A stretch of 64,000 nucleotides of DNA, taken from Takakia lepidozioides (lineage: Eukaryota > Plantae > Bryophyta). Made by a program: the position numbers and the translations under genes. The notes under the pieces are model-generated. The model was not told where the DNA came from. It was given only the letters and a program-made list of their open reading frames with translations, and did not search any database. Positions 52,020 to 64,000 of this stretch are shown here, one piece after another (position 1 is the first letter of the stretch; each line of letters starts with the position of its first letter). Location: assembly GCA_030704615.1 (NCBI GenBank), contig CM060733.1:67580001-67644000 (forward strand). Direction: 5' to 3'.

Positions 52020-53262
52020 GCACTATCATCTATGAAGACCTTTGCGCGGAGGTGCCTGAGCGTCTTCCTGGAACTCCAACGCAAGGGTAGGGGAGAAAGC
52101 ACAGCTGCTTGCACACGAGCAATGCCTTCCGCGTAATCGGAAAGGACATAATTAGGAGGTGGGCTCCAGCACAAGTCCCTCAAGTATATGGAAGACAGGG
52201 GCCACGGGAGTGCGTTCACATTCCTGCAATCAGAAATGCACCATTTGGGTAACAATTAGACAACAGAAGGGGACGCGACAGAGCATATACACAGGGATCA
52301 AATAGACAAAAAATGAACTTACTCACATGAAAAGTCATTGTCCAGGTCCTTGTCGTCTCCGTTGAGGATATCAATTTGCACAGTGACATCCTTGACATTG
52401 GAGGTATACGCGCCCCCTTGCAACTCGGCAAGGAGGCCAATGAAAATATCTGCATCTCCTTCCATACCAAACAAGTGTCTGCGACCTGCCTTGCAAGCAT
52501 GGTAAAAGCGCCTGCAAGAGACAGATTGAAGGAATTAGAGTTTTAGAATATTGAGTAAAGAAGGTGCAGAAGAAAAGAAATTGATGACAAAGGCAAGAAG
52601 AGAAACTTGTGCCGAGAGTGAGATCTATGATGCGGGCCCCTGGCCGAGAACAACTCTCAATGATCATTTGGATAAAAGCTGGGCTTTTTTCACGGGCCCC
52701 TCTCCAAGGAGTTCCATTTGGCTTTCGCAAACATACGTTGGAGTCGACATAGTTGTAGTGCATGTCGTCGACGACAGGATCGAACCTCTCGTTTATGAAA
52801 CATCCTCCCCCATGAAGCTCGAACTCCACCACTGTGGTGGGAGTCAACAGTGGATGTACCCTCACGAGACACACGGCCTCAAATAGACGGGTCTGCGATG
52901 AAGAGGACAATAATTAGTGAGGAATGTTTCATAGCACATCTGGGTGGGAGTGCAGACCCATTCTGGATGGAATTGGTTCAGAGTCATTGCTCATGCACCG
53001 CCATAACTGAGTGCGCTGAAGCACTCAATTCAGGCAGTGCGAACAACATGACTTCATAACAGTCAGTACAGTGGAACTTCAACAGAGAAGGCATAAAAAC
53101 AAAGTATTTGAAACCCACCTTCTGCCCTGGGCAATCCCCCTTCGTCAGATATAGGCTGTTGACACAGTTCCAGGTCTTGATAATCCGCATCCCCGAGGCT
53201 TTCAAGTAGCTTGCCAGCTCCCGGCGACATCTCATCGTGACAGATTGTATGATACCCATTTT
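52020..53262 (-). pseudogene. N6-adenine/N4-cytosine DNA methyltransferase-like gene remnant (beta-class C-terminal half), spliced
   Basis: Exons about 53119-53262 (ELASYLKASGMRIIKTWNCVNSL..QK|gt), 52607-52892 (TRLFEAVCLVR..PWRGAREKSPAFIQMIIESCSRPGARIIDLTLGT) and from 52511 (after a frameshift, YHACKAGRRHLFGMEGDADIF). Resembles the K-P..LI...S.PG..VLD.F.GSG...A....GR...G.E SAM-binding block. Catalytic DPPY/SPPY motif not present in this copy. Confidence 0.72.
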
Positions 53263-53509
53263 ATTTTATTTTATTTTATTATTTATTATTTTTTATTTAT
53301 TATTTTTTGGTTCCCTTCCCCCCCCCCCGGGAGAACTGAGTGCGTCAACGCACTCAATTTCTTCATGATCATGATTTCAGGATGATCATCGACGAGAGGT
53401 GCGGGTCCGGATTTTCACCCCGGGTACCCGGCAGGTTTTGGGGGAACCCCCCCCCCCCCCCCCCCCCCCCCGAGAACTGAGTGCGTCAACACACTCAATT
53501 TTTTCATGA

Positions 53510-54057
53510 TCATGATTTCAGGATGATCATTGACGAACTGGAGATTGGCAAGTTGGAGGACGCCGGTTTTCGTCTGCATCGATCTGTAGCGTCGACTCTT
53601 GGTGGCCTTGCTGCTATGGTGCCTCCTCCAAACGATACTTCGCATCCCACGAGAAGGAATGGCAAAACAGTGCATCGGGTGGCTTCGGGGTCTGATCACG
53701 ATGCGAAGGTGGAATCGGCCAGACTACTTCAGGCTCGGGTAACAGGAACTATGGAAGTACCTTCACCTGGGTATAGACGGGTTTATACTTTGGTCACATC
53801 TGGGTCCGTTTTGCACGACAGGGCCTATCAGGTGACGGTGGGAAATTTTCCGGGGGTGTACCTGTCCCGACTTCGTGTGCATGCGTGAGGAAGCTCTAGG
53901 AAAGAGAGGGAAATGGGTTCCCTGCAAGCATCTTTACTACATCTTTTTGCGCATGATGTATTGTGATCCCAAAAGAGACCAAATCATTCACCAGGCGACA
54001 CTAGGTCCTGGTGAAGTACAGACACTTTTGCAGCGAGACATTGGCAATATCGAGTAG
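53510..54057 (+). pseudogene. SWIM zinc-finger ORF remnant
   Basis: AYQVTVGNFPG(+1 frameshift in the G run at about 53852-53856)CTCPDF..KWVPCKHLYYIF, i.e. CxC..CxH. Confidence 0.85.
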
Positions 54058-54329
54058 TGTTGCATATGTTGCGATTTTTCGCAATGTTGGAAAGGGCTGC
54101 CTTGTTTGTAGAACATGTATACACAGTTCTTAAATCTAGACAAGCAGACGATGTCTCGTCATAAAAGGTAGTTTATTTTTTCATCGGGTTTGGTTAACGA
54201 GCCTCTAAAATTGAGTGCGTCAACGCACACCACTTCTGCCCCCACCCCCAATATCGCCCGGGGTCAAGGAAAAAAAAAAAAAACATTTTTTGTTCGAGGG
54301 CCTGCCAAACATGGACAAGTGTCAGTATG

Positions 54330-55530
54330 AAAGCTCATTTTATTTTTTCACGGCCTCTATAGAAGCATTGCGTAAATGAGCTTCACGATGACCATCTGTT
54401 TTTTTTCCACTACTGCTTGAATAACAGGCACCTGAACAAGTTTCACAATGACAGCTCATTTGTTTTCCACGTCCTCTATACAAACAAACCCTAAATAAGC
54501 ATTCATGATGACCATATGTTTTTTTTCACCTCTTTCAATAACAGAAACCTGAAGAAGTTTGACAATGATACAGCTCAAGTTTTTTTTTCACCTCTTCTTC
54601 ACAAACAAACCCTAATTTATTCATGATGACATTTGATTTTTATTCACCTCCTTTTCATTAACAGAAACCTGAACAAGATTGACAATGATAGAGCTCAATT
54701 TTTTTCACCTCTTCTTCACAAACAAACCCTAAATAAGCATTCATGATGACCATCTGGTTTTTTTTCACCTCTTTTTCAATAACAGAAACCTGAAGAAGTT
54801 TGAAAATGGTAGAGCTCAAGTTTTTTTTCACCTCTTCTTCACAAACAATCCCTAATTTATTCCCTAAATAAGCATTCATGATGACCATCTGGTTTTTTTT
54901 TCACCTCTTCTTCAATAACAGAAACCTGAATAAGTTTGACAATGATAGAGCTTAACTTTTTTTTTCACCTCTTCTTCAATAACAGAATCCTAAACAAGTT
55001 TCACAAAGATAGCTCAATGTTTTTTTTTACCTCTTCTTCACAAAGACACCCTAAATAAGCAATCACAATGACCATGTGTTTTTTTTTCACCTCATCTTCA
55101 ATAACACAATCTGAACAAGTTCCACAATAAACCGCTCATTTTGTTACACATCTTCACAAACAAAGCCTAAATAAGCTTGAAGATGAACATCTGTTTAATT
55201 TTCACCTCATCTATATTAACAAAAACCATTGTCTGTTTCACAATGAGGGGTCATATTTTGGGGCCTATTCTTGCCCATCCTCATTATTTTTAACCTCTCC
55301 TTCAATTTTTCATCCATCTATCATCCATCCATCATGGATGAAATACTGGAAACGACATATAGCTTGACAATGAGCATCCAAACTTTTCTTGCCTCTTGTT
55401 CATGCAAGAATCCCTAAGTAAGATTCATGATGACTCACCCAGCCTTTTTTTTTTACCTCTTCTTCAATAAGAAAACCTCAGTAAGTTTCACAATGACCAT
55501 TCCATTCTTTCTATACCTCTTTTTTTAAGC
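54330..55530. repeat. AT-rich tandem repeat inside the MULE (about 60-bp monomers, about 120-bp dimer)
   Basis: Alternating aataacagaaacctgaa(c/g)aagtttgacaatga and acaaacaaaccctaaataagcattcatgatgacc units, each ending Tn-cacctcttcttc. Confidence 0.9.
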
Positions 55531-58500
55531 GCTATAACTGCTTCCACGACAATAGGACCCTCTCTAAACAGAGGACTCGGGTATGAGCCTGCTTCTTCCT
55601 CCACTAAACCCCTGGGCTCACGCTTAGCACACGTGAGCCTAGGCTCACGCTTAGAGGGCAAAGCGTGAGCCGAGCTCCTGGGCTCATGCGGCTAGGCTCA
55701 CGCCATAGCTGCACTCGCCTATGAGGAAGATCAATTGACGACTCTGTGGCATGTGATCTTGAACCGGTGGCTACTGTCAAGAATGTTTGATGAGTTTAAT
55801 GCGAACTCAACTCATGTAGTGTTCGGTTTATGGGAGCCACAAATGAGGTAATTTTTTCTAAGTAACAACGACACTGCATCTTGCAAAGCCTAGCACAACT
55901 CTGTCACATGGATACAATCCATTTACAAATTTGACTAATCTTGTGCAAGATCAGCAACTCTGCTCAAAGTCTTATGTGACAGTGCAAGAGACGGTGCAAG
56001 TCTGCTTAAATTGAGGTGCATGACACGGATATTAGGCGGGTAAGCGAAACCTAAATGAGAGTTCCCTCCATAGCTCGACCCCTTGGCGAAAGCGGGAAGA
56101 GTTTGAACCCAAACCTTTGCTCCTTGCGCATGCGGGGTGGTAGGGTTTCTAGAAATCAATAGGCAAGATCCTCTGGATCTAACGAACCAAATGGCATGTG
56201 GCTCTTTCCCTGTGCGACAGTTGTACAAGCGGCCTCCTCATTGCAGCGACATGATGGCATTAGGGAGGGCAGTAATGCGCAACAGTGCCATATTTTAACC
56301 CATAATTCTTTTGTAAATTTCGTGAGGCCAATTTCTGGATCGAAAAGTGGCGAAATTTCGCGCATAAAAAAAACGCTGGCTCCCACCCTCGTTGTCTGGG
56401 GCTCGTGAGGTCTTGCTGCTCTTGGCTATGCCCTCCTTCCTTCAGCAGCCTTTTAGTTAGAAAATTTGTCTAACAGTACCTCCCATTCTTTCAGTCCATG
56501 TCCTCATGGACGACTTTCAGATCTCGCTTTCCGTCTAAGGTCCGTCTAGGACTACTATCACTGCTTCCTCATCTATTCCTCCAATTGGCAGGTGGTACTA
56601 GCAGAGGAGGGGTCTCGCAGTCCTCAAGTGCTCTCACTGTCATCGGGTGCATTCCTCTTGTCAGTGCTCCAACCCGTATCTCATTTCAACCGATATTAGT
56701 GGGTACGTATCTCAGGAACGTATACCTTTGTAATTTCAGAGGCAGGGCCGCTCAAAACTTCCCTCGAGTGTTGGAGTGCGTAAGTGTCCTCCCAACACAT
56801 TGCTTACCTTTTGTTTGACACAACATATGGCATCGTTAAGTGCTGCTTCTGTTCCTCCTAACAATGAGGAATCTGCGGGGTAATGTTTTCAGTAAGCTTG
56901 CTCTAGTCGTCTTATCTAGAATTTCTTCCCTTGGAAATATTGTATCATCACACAAAGATCTGCTGAGTTCTACCAAGGCTTGGTTGAACATAATTTCCCA
57001 CTCAGGTTCTCTTGTCAGCTGGACTAGGCTGGGGCAGTTCGGAGCAGAAGGTGACATGCACATAGGCAACATGGGCTGTGGATCCACTCGGTTGGTTTGA
57101 TTCCACTGTTTTTCATGCTTAACCTCTAGTGCACAATAGAAATGTAAAGTGTAATGCTGGATAAGTACACCTTGTGTTAGCATCAATCTTTGCATGCTCG
57201 GTTGGCTCTTGTATTAGAATGTCTCATACATGGTCAATCGGAATGATGTGAGATCTCGTAGGATGCCTTGGGTGTTGCATCAGTATGCATTAAAGAAGTC
57301 AAATGTTCAGATTTTTTGCCTCGGAGGTATGGTAGCTGATGGCGGGTCAGGATTACCACTTTCATGGCCCTGAAAAGCATTCCAGGAGGTAATGGAAAAG
57401 GCAGCGCCTCCATGAGGTGCTCCAAGGTGGCTAAGTAATCATTAGTGGACAAATACTTACAGAAAGCCCTTGGGGTTAAAGCCCCACTGTCAATTCAACA
57501 TACGAGGTAGGTTCAGTGGGTAGCTCTAAGGCATATAACTTGTATGTCCCTGGCCTTTCTTTCCATACTCTCAGCCGTTGCTGTCGTAGGTGACAACAAG
57601 GTCCTTGGTGCCATCCATCTTTGGTCTAGCAAGAGGCGGTCCGCTCTCGCGATAGCTGCTAGGCTGATGTCTTCCTTCTCCTGCTGCTCCTTAGGGTCTG
57701 TTGGGGGATTTGTTGTGATGTGATCAAGCAACTTGGGAGCGAGAGTGCTATTACTTCTCTGATTTCACCAAATACCGTATTCCCTCGAGGAACATAGCGG
57801 GTACTTGTGACCTTGGGCCATGAACGAGACTCGTTGGGATTCAAAATGTTGTAGACTCACCATCGGTGGCGGGGAAGATATCTCTCGTATAAGTCTCTCG
57901 GTTTGTAGTACGTCCTGGAAGGCCATTTCCCTTACTGACTGTTGAGGACCCTCAACTGGGTGCTGCTCCATTCCTTTTTTCAAAATCTTATAGTTGCTTC
58001 ACTCCTTGATTTGTCTTTGGTTACCAAGTCTACCTATTGATCCTTCTCCAACTGAGGTACCTTGAGTTTTCTTGTCTCTTTGTTGATGGCCTATAGTGCA
58101 AAAACGGGCTCTGAAAACGTGAACACATAATCCAGAGTTAGTACTTAGAAATTGTACTGCCGCAGCGGAAGAGAAGACAATACAACCTCTTTCATTCCTA
58201 GATCACATCTTCTAGTTTAGTTCCACATAGTACTGCTCAGATGTTCAGAATGCATGCCAGCCTTGGTGTGGAGCACCTGGCACTTTGGTATCTTTTGCAT
58301 CCTCGCTGGTATTCAGCACTCGACCAGCCCATCTGTTAGCTTGAATGAGGACTACTAGACTACTAAATCAGCTTCGCTTCTCAGTAAATCAAAGAAAACC
58401 CAACCCCCAACTATTCCTTGTTCCAACATGAAACTGTCACTTAGGTCCTCTGGGCCTGGTATCTTAATCTTTGATGCAAAGAAGACTCCCGATGAAAAGC

Positions 58501-58899
58501 TCTCACACATAATAAACTAGATCAGATTGTGTTTGCACAAAAATTGTAGCAATCATAGTATCACTTTTTGCTTAAACACCTTCTGTTAAGTACAGTATGT
58601 GGCTTCTCAGTTCATACCAGCTTCACTACCCGCTTTCTACAAACCTCAGCCCTTCATACTTGCCTTCTTCCCTACATCATGGTCTTTCTCCTTTTGCCCA
58701 CTCTCCTATCTCTCTCTCATCATTCAACTCAACGTCTGTAGATCTGCCTTGCTAACGCCAAGAGACCCCCTTATGAGCATTTTGGCTGCGCGTCTATCCT
58801 GCATAGGCTCCATGTGAATACCATTTTATTTTACTGTTCCCAAAAATGGTCTTAGTATCGCAGTTAGGGACGACGGCGGAGGATTTGTCTCCACTAGCC

Positions 58900-61800
58900 G
58901 CCCACCGCCCATATTTATCACGTAGGTTTTATGAGGGTCCCATCCTTATGATAGAGTACTGCATCTCCTCTGTTGATCGCAGCTGATTAAACTTTGAAGT
59001 CAGGGCCAAGGTTTGAATCCTTTGCTCACTCCCTTGCCTAATTCCTTGTTGCTGAAAATTCATCCGTCCACCTTTTGTCCTATTCGTCATCTCCTTTTCC
59101 ATTCATTGCTAGTAAAATTTGGATGATGACCAAAGTCCATCCATTCCCAAAATTCCTCTCAGTGTGCTTTATGGTTACCCTAAATTACGTTGCAGCTGTA
59201 GTGCACTCCCTTTTTGAGAGCCAGAGTCCTCGCAAGCAAAGTGTGAATATGGTTATGTCTTCAGCAAGCAACATCCCCTTATTCCAGAACTCCTTGTATT
59301 TTTTAATTCCAATTTTTGATAAAAGACTGTTTATCGGAGGAGTTATCTCCCACACCCCAAATTGATGTTTTTTTTACACCCTTGGGTTGTACTGCTACAA
59401 GCAACTTTGGAGTTCCATCGGGATTCGACTTTCACATCTTCACCGCGTCTTTTTTGGGCTCAGAATCAGTAGCAAACTTCTTAAACTTCATGACAGACCA
59501 CCCATCTTCATCTATATAGAAACGAAATACATGCATTTCCGTTTGCCTAACTAAAGCCTCTTTTCCATCGAGAATGCAACCACATATGCCTTGAAATCTG
59601 GCACCTCTTGAATGATTTGAGGAATAAATTGCAGATCTTGAGAGATCATAAATTCCTCATAAGATCGGAGAGAACGTAGGTGTTGTTTTGCTTCGGCTTC
59701 TTAGATAAATAACTGAAGAATCCATCGATGTCCTCAGGGGTGTGGCCAACCATGAGAAATCCCATTTGAATCTCCTCAAACACTCATCTCGCAGTTAGGA
59801 GCGACATAAAAGCCAGCATCCACCTGTTTTTGTTTTCCTTCACGCAGTTGTCCATCTGTAGGTAGAGTCTTCGTGGAAGCGAGACTTTCCCTTTTTCCTT
59901 CTCATTTTCGCCGAAAGGTTTCAGGACGTCGAGACACCTCGATTTACCCTTCATGAGAGATTCGAAAAAAGAATTCTGAGGTGGGTGGTCAAAGATGTTA
60001 CGACTTTCGCGGCAAGAGGGCTTCTTTAGTTGGCGGAGGCATCTTGCCAGAGACCCAATCGTGAAGTTCGGGTCTCTAGGCCAGAAGTCCAGAGAGTCAT
60101 GTCCGTAGGCTCCGTCCCCATGGCCGTGGGTGACCATGCCGGTCAGCGAGATTGGAAGCTGACCTAAGCCGGAGACCATCTTGTTCATCGTCTGCAACCT
60201 TGGAACAGCTATTTTCCGATGATCCATCTTGTCATGAATGATGCAGAGGAACTCCGACGACATCATGGCTGACTCATTCTTCCAGCTGTGATAGAATCTC
60301 CTTCAAGACTTCTGAAGCCTGAGGTGCTTATCATGTGCTTTCTTGTGAAATGCCTGCTCATCGCTTCGTTTGACCGACTTCTTGATTAGGTTTTTCAGCA
60401 TCTCACAGTCTGTGCATTTGGCAAACGTGCTACCACTTTTTCTAACCTCGACATTGGGAAAAATCCAGTGTTTGATTCTGCTCACGGCTGCCTGGGAGAT
60501 AGGCTTCAACCCACATATTTTATTCGTCTGCAAGACAGACAGGGAGAAATGAACCTCGCGCGATTGCCCGAGCTTTAATAGAGAGAGGTCTAAAACATTT
60601 CGTGGAAGCAAAACAGCGAAGGACCGAAATATATAGAATTCGGCAAGAGGTATACAGAAGAAAACTCACCTCATTACACTCCTCACGAACTTTTTTCCTG
60701 TTCAATTCAGGTGGCAGAACTAGAAGTGTATCTCTCCGTCCGTCACCAATACATCGGGTCTTATGAGGCATGAGATCGGAGTTTCCGTTGATAATGGACA
60801 TTAGGTTCTCTTCAACTTCACGAGTTTGTGGACGAGGCTGTTTCACTCCGGAATTCCCGTGCAACGATGTAATCACACCTTCTCTGCTTAGCTTTTTGTA
60901 TTCCATGTAGGTTGACCGACCAATTCCGTGAATTGTCTATCAAGCTCTCTCACACACATCCACGCCCTCAATGGATATGTAGGCCTTTGTCGAAACCCCG
61001 TCTATACGATGAAGTCTTTTGGGCACATCAAAACCGAGCTCTCTCCTTTCGTCGTAAGAGGATCCCCAATAAGCGGTTTGGATAGCGAGTATTTTTCTCC
61101 AGTCGAAATATTGACAACACTGTAAATTGCAACATTGTTTGCTGATGACTTCTCGAACTGCCTGCAGAGAGAGGCGTGTCTTTATCTTTTTGGAATCGTT
61201 TTCTTTCGGATCTTTTTTTGGTCTATTGAAATGACGGTATGCTGTTATTTTCACCCCATTCTCGTTGTTACCAATATCTGCTTGTTCCCCGCTATTGACA
61301 AACCTATCAAGCTCATGTGACAATTTCCTACCACTATCAGTCAACCGAGTATACGTCAATGGCCAGATCACGAGACACATGAGATTGGTCGATCCACCAT
61401 TCAAAATCCTTATAACGAGCACCCCGACGTGATGTTCTCCAACTTTCTCACAAAGTATCACCTCGTCAGGACGACATGTTTGTATTCTGTCCTCGTACAT
61501 AGCACTTTGGTCATCTCCAAGGAGAATACACATCTTATTTCTCTAGCTGTCTCTACCCATAGCAACATCGTTATTCGGAGACGGCCTTGACATGTCAGAT
61601 TCATTGTGTTCATTGAATTCTGGATCGGAATCATCCGCAAAATTCAATTCCACCTCCGAGTCCTGATGATCCTCATTGTTGGTGTTAGTGACACTCCCAC
61701 TATCTTTTTAAATTTGCACAACATCCCAAACGACAGTTGTTCCGATTGCTTCTTCCAAAAAATCCGCATCCATATGCGGATATGGCAACGACACAGAAGA

Positions 61801-62000
61801 ATGTGTCGGATCACATGACATAATAACAACAAATATTGTGGACCCATTTAGCTGTCGTCCATGACAACTTCCGCAATCAGTCACGTTGAGACATTCTGCA
61901 GTTGCGACGATAGAGTTCGAGCCGTGAAGAGTGAGGAAATTTTTTTGACCAGTTTGGAACGACGATATTTCCACGAACCTCGCGCGATTGTGCGTGTATC
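58900..62000 (-). mobile_element. Degenerate Sola-like DDE transposase gene
   Basis: CCNLQCCQYF, FAKCTDC, IIHDKMD, LYLQMDNCVKENKN, FLMVGHTPEDIDGFFS spread over ORFs 60940-61533, 60520-60906, 60303-60611 and 59784-60266. Intron donor near 60668; stops and frameshifts present. Confidence 0.72.
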
Positions 62001-63121
62001 CTTCAGTAGCGATGCTGGAGATTGTTGATTTGGCACTATATCAACCTGACACTAAGAAAGAGTGAAACAATAACTTAGTGAAGTAAGATTAGAGAAAACT
62101 GAAGACAAAGATGAAAAGAAACCTCGCGCGATCGCCCGCAGTTAAGGTGATAATGATTTAGAAATTGTAAATAAAATTCCGACTCTCGGATTATGTAATA
62201 GAATGTAGAATGTAGGTCTGTATTGGTCGATATAAATATTTGTACCAAATAAAATGATCTACGAAAGTTTCGACCCGAATGTACAACATTGTCTACGACT
62301 CCATAACAGAACTAAAACTAAATCCACGGGCGATCGCGCGTGGTTCAGATGGATGAAATGCAGGACAGATGAATAATGGTAAACGAGTTTTGGATGAAAA
62401 CAAAGAAAATGGATAAATAAATGAAAACATGGATGAATGAAACAGCTGTAGTGCGAGTGATCATTCGAAGTACATAAAACGGTCGGGGCTGTAGGTAAGA
62501 TTTTTGGGGACAGTGGATGGGAACAGAGGAGCAGAGAGACAAAAGAGAAACCCAGATAAAGTGGAGAGGCTCTCAATATTGATAGGAGAACAAAGGGAAG
62601 AATGAACGTAAGACAGACAGCCATGAAGATCAGCTAGCCAAAGCAACTGTGAGGTAAAAAGTGGCATGCGTGCACACGGCAGGCTCTTATACGGATTGTC
62701 AAACAGTCTCTGGTCGACGTGTTCACATTACAGATGAGCGTTTGGAGTGTCATGGATCGACGCATGTCGCCCTTGATATGCTCTTTCGTGTAATCTAGCG
62801 GCTAATATGTCCTCCAGAGCATAAATTCAGGTAGGAGACTGAAATCCTCCGAACATTATGGGGTACATAAGTTATTGCGGCCACTAGGAATAACGAACTG
62901 ATTCGAGATCTGGAAGCTGACAGGTCTGTATTTTCCATGAGTGATGAGCAGACGAGCCACGAGCCATGAGCAGAGTTTTTGAACCTACACCGAAGCAAAC
63001 CCGAAGCCAGATTCCAGGTTCGGAATAGGCTCGGGATATGAGCAAAGCTGAAGGACCAAAGTTATATTCCTAAATAGAAGGTGTACCACCTATACCCGTG
63101 CGGGCCAAACGGAAAATGTAC

Positions 63122-63259
63122 AGCCGGAAGTCTGTGCCGACTTCTCATATAATATAATATAATATAATATTTAAAAGTCTGTGCCAACTTCTCAAAATAT
63201 AATATAATATAATTAAAAAACTGAAAATTAGGAAGCCGGAAGCATGTGCCGACTTCTCA

Positions 63260-63292
<33 letters not shown>

Positions 63293-63332
63293 CCGGAAAA
63301 TAGGCAGCCGGAAGTCTGTGCCAACTTCTCAA
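63122..63332. repeat. 4 x AGCCGGAAGTCTGTGCC(G/A)ACTTCTCA direct repeat separated by (AATAT)n/(AAT)n
   Basis: Copies at about 63122, 63176 (partial), 63234 and 63307. Confidence 0.85.
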
Positions 63333-64000
63333 AAAAAATGTACCAACGCCCAAATAAGGGGAATTCCTGAACCTAGCTTTGCATCCGAACCTAACTTGAT
63401 TGTTCTATAATGAGGGAAAATCGTGCACTTGTAACACTGAAAAACAGGTTTGGATTGTCGGAAACCTGGGAATATTCGTAGAAATATGCGAAAAATATTC
63501 TTTTTTGGGGTTCTGCTCATGTTTTTTTGTGCGCACTGCTCATAGAAAAACAACCCCCGAAGCGGACATCCAGCACACCTGAGAAGCAGCAAATCCAATG
63601 ATGAATTAATGATGCAAGAGAAGGAATAGTCGGCGGCAAAAGTGGCCGCCTCTTAATGCTACTGTGAGCCGGCGGCCATCTATGGCTGCGTGACAATAAG
63701 TAGCCGCAATGAACGTGGGGCTGTAGATGAGCTGTAGGTAGAGAAAACGGCATACCGATCAATTACCAGATGCATCTCCCGACACGTCATTATTGAACCT
63801 ATGAATATTTATTCAACATTGGATAGCCTGTGCGGATGAAACAGACGTTTACTGGATGAGATGACTGCCCTAGTGGATGATTCATGTCCCCTCATGGATG
63901 AGCGCCGTCACGGGAACCCGCAATCATTCCAGGGAGGTCACTTTATATCGTGCCGTAACGCTCTGGACGAACTAGTGGAGTCATTTCATTACTGATAGTC

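Larger units (their letters stand above)
51312..55716. mobile_element. Mutator-like (MULE) non-autonomous element, 4.4 kb
   Basis: Direct repeat GCCTATGAG at 51303-51311 and 55717-55725. Imperfect TIR of about 40 bp: GGGGGATGCTAGAGTGTGAGCCTAGCCACGTGAGCCCAGGA versus the reverse complement of the right end, GAGTGCAGCTATGGCGTGAGCCTAGCCGCATGAGCCCAGGA. Internal SWIM ORF. Confidence 0.85.

Noticed and set aside
54330-55530. Interstitial telomere or repetitive coding region
   Set aside because: AAACCCTAA occurs about once per unit rather than in tandem, and variable T runs break any reading frame.
63122-63332. CRISPR-like repeat-spacer pattern
   Set aside because: The spacers are AT microsatellites of uneven length, there are no cas genes, and the context is eukaryotic TE sequence.

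Overview
Eukaryotic nuclear DNA from a land plant, probably bryophyte-grade; the organism is inferred from gene and TE families, not determined. Left part: two intron-rich genes on the minus strand. One is the 5' part of a VIH/VIP1-type PPIP5K (inositol pyrophosphate kinase; 8 exons, running off the left edge), whose introns are inflated by two LINE families, including a 10.5-kb intron of head-to-tail LINE copies. The other is a complete 26-exon gene for a conserved, uncharacterised protein of about 2188 aa. Divergent from it (38.2-43.3 kb) is a decayed mosaic in which intron-split OSB/PTAC9-type 'PDF' ssDNA-binding motifs are interleaved with a tandemly amplified PLS-class PPR array. Right part: a nested TE field with Ty3/gypsy pol remnants, one CACTA end, a captured RAD5A-like helicase fragment and a Sola-like transposase. 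It also holds a cleanly bounded 4.4-kb Mutator-like element (TIRs, 9-bp TSD) carrying a spliced remnant of a beta-class N6-adenine/N4-cytosine DNA methyltransferase-like gene, a SWIM-finger ORF and four copies of a 20-bp palindrome. The strongest candidates for undescribed systems are the methyltransferase-carrying MULE, the PPR-PDF mosaic and the (TC)n-targeting, self-stacking LINE. All exon coordinates were read by eye and all family assignments come from motif recognition; no searches were run.
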